From positions 62,001 through 126,000 of the IMG/VR virus record IMGVR_UViG_3300043446_005562: a DNA stretch of 64,000 nucleotides, one strand, 5' to 3'. Of this stretch, positions 62,647-64,000 are shown one piece after another (position 1 is the stretch's first letter; each line of letters opens with the position of its first letter). The notes beneath the pieces were generated by a model. It was not told the DNA's origin. It made no database searches and worked only from the letters and a program-made list of their open reading frames with translations. The position numbers and the translations under genes were made by a program.

Positions 62647-64000
62647 ATGAAAGAAATCATTTTTAAGACTGATGCTAGAACTCAGTTAGGTAATGGAATC
62701 AATGCTCTAGCTGAAGCCGTTAAAGTGACACTTGGTCCACGTGGCCGCAATGTTGTCATCTCACGCGATAACAGTGTTGCTATAACAAAAGACGGAGTGA
62801 CCGTTGCTAGGGAAGTACATTTAGAAAATAACTTAGAGAACGTTGGAGCCCAGATGGTGAAACAGGTCGCAAACAAAGTTGCAATCGAAGCTGGTGACGG
62901 TACCACAACTGCGACGGTATTGGCTCATGCTATTTTTAACGAGGGTAATAAACTTGTTGTAGCTGGAACACACCCAATGGAACTTAAAAAGGGAATTGAA
63001 CTTGCCTCAAAGCAAATCATTGAATCTCTAAAATCTCAAGCCATCATGGTTGAAGACTTTGCAACAATCAAACAGGTTGCAACAATCTCAGCCAATAATG
63101 ATGAAGAGATCGGACAAATTATAGCTGACGCAATGGAGGCTGTGGGTTTTGATGGAATCATTACAACCGGTGAGAGTAAAACTGGGGAAACCTATGTTGA
63201 ATTAGTTGAAGGTATGCAATTTACAAGCGGCTATCTTTCGCCGTACTTCATCAATACCGAAAAATCCACAGTTGAATTTGACAAACCTCTTATTCTACTG
63301 TATGACGGCCGTATCACAAATTTACAAGACTGCTTGCAGTACTTGGAACACTCAAACAAATCAATGCGCCCGTTACTAATCATTAGCGAGAGCGTTGATG
63401 GTGAAGCCCTAAATACCCTATTGGTCAATAAGATCAAGGGAACTCTTAGAGTTGCTGCCGTAAAATCACCAGGCTTTGGCGATCAACGTAAATTAAAACT
63501 AGACGATATTGCCGTTTTAACCGGTGCAAAAACCGTATCTGAAATGGAAGGAGATACTCTAAAAGAGTCAATCGCTGCTAATTTTGTTGGTAGTTGTGAT
63601 CGAGTTGTGATTACCAACGATTCAACAATGATTATCGGCGGTCACGGCCAATCTTCTAAAATTGAGGCACACGTTAAAGATCTTGAAGCACAAATTGAGA
63701 ATCAAACGGACGACTCTAAAAAGTTGGTACTAAAGGAGCGCCTTTCTAAATTTAAAGGTGGAGTTGCAATCATCAAGATTGGTGCAACCTCTGAAATTGA
63801 AGCTCGCGAAAAATTCGACAGAATTGATGATGCGCTAGGCGCAACCCGATCAGCTGTGTCAGAGGGAATCATTCCAGGTGGAGGTATCACTCTTGCGCTA
63901 ACCGCCGATTCTTTAACCATTAATTTACCAAATCGCGAACAGCAACTTGGTGTAGAATTATTAAAACGGGCATGCCAGCAACCATTTAGAGTTATTTTAG
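62647..64000 (+). CDS. groEL: Chaperonin GroEL (partial, runs off the window end; absent from the ORF track)
   Basis: ATG at 62647 translates to MKEIIFKTDAR...AVKVTLGPRGRNV...ITKDGVTVA...AGDGTTTATVLA... Confidence 0.97.
   Translation, partial: MKEIIFKTDARTQLGNGINALAEAVKVTLGPRGRNVVISRDNSVAITKDGVTVAREVHLENNLENVGAQMVKQVANKVAIEAGDGTTTATVLAHAIFNEGNKLVVAGTHPMELKKGIELASKQIIESLKSQAIMVEDFATIKQVATISANNDEEIGQIIADAMEAVGFDGIITTGESKTGETYVELVEGMQFTSGYLSPYFINTEKSTVEFDKPLILLYDGRITNLQDCLQYLEHSNKSMRPLLIISESVDGEALNTLLVNKIKGTLRVAAVKSPGFGDQRKLKLDDIAVLTGAKTVSEMEGDTLKESIAANFVGSCDRVVITNDSTMIIGGHGQSSKIEAHVKDLEAQIENQTDDSKKLVLKERLSKFKGGVAIIKIGATSEIEAREKFDRIDDALGATRSAVSEGIIPGGGITLALTADSLTINLPNREQQLGVELLKRACQQPFRVIL

Noticed and set aside
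3081-63920. Many short ORFs (60-140 aa) overlapping the annotated genes on other frames or strands
   Set aside because: Fully nested in better-supported CDSs, with no recognisable motifs.
1-64000. Stop-codon reassignment as in some huge phages
   Set aside because: Genes tile the window under code 11. TAG (10488) and TGA (5127, 41231) act as stops at natural gene boundaries.
1-64000. Eukaryotic giant virus origin, suggested by collagen-like, mucin-like and plant-like GT genes
   Set aside because: A T4-like terminase, baseplate, gp55, tmRNA, sigma factor and GroEL indicate a bacteriophage.

Overview
The window looks like part of a very large T4-like (myovirus) jumbo phage genome, read in the standard genetic code. 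It is mostly a packaging and virion-structure region on the minus strand. It contains an ECF-type sigma factor, PhoH, large and probable small terminase, baseplate, neck and tail-completion proteins, and a phage tmRNA with its terminator. It also contains a Pol-beta-type nucleotidyltransferase, an amidoligase, a gp55-like late sigma factor, a RuvC-like resolvase, a 3'-5' exonuclease and a GroEL that runs off the window end. The host is probably a Bacteroidota member (inference from the tmRNA tag start, lack of obvious Shine-Dalgarno sites and one TAnnTTTG element). The standout feature is the block at 10.5-36.9 kb. Two giant fibre proteins (2810 and 2514 aa) are built from about 1300 almost proline-free Gly-X-Y triplets (GSS/GTS), and there is a mucin-like poly-Thr protein. 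This block is flanked by two enzymes that resemble protein O-glycosyltransferases: a GT4 fused to a TibC/Aah-like heptosyltransferase, and a plant SERGT1/HPAT-like enzyme. I propose a phage-encoded system that O-glycosylates its own collagen-like and mucin-like virion fibres. All family assignments come from motif recognition by eye, with no database search.
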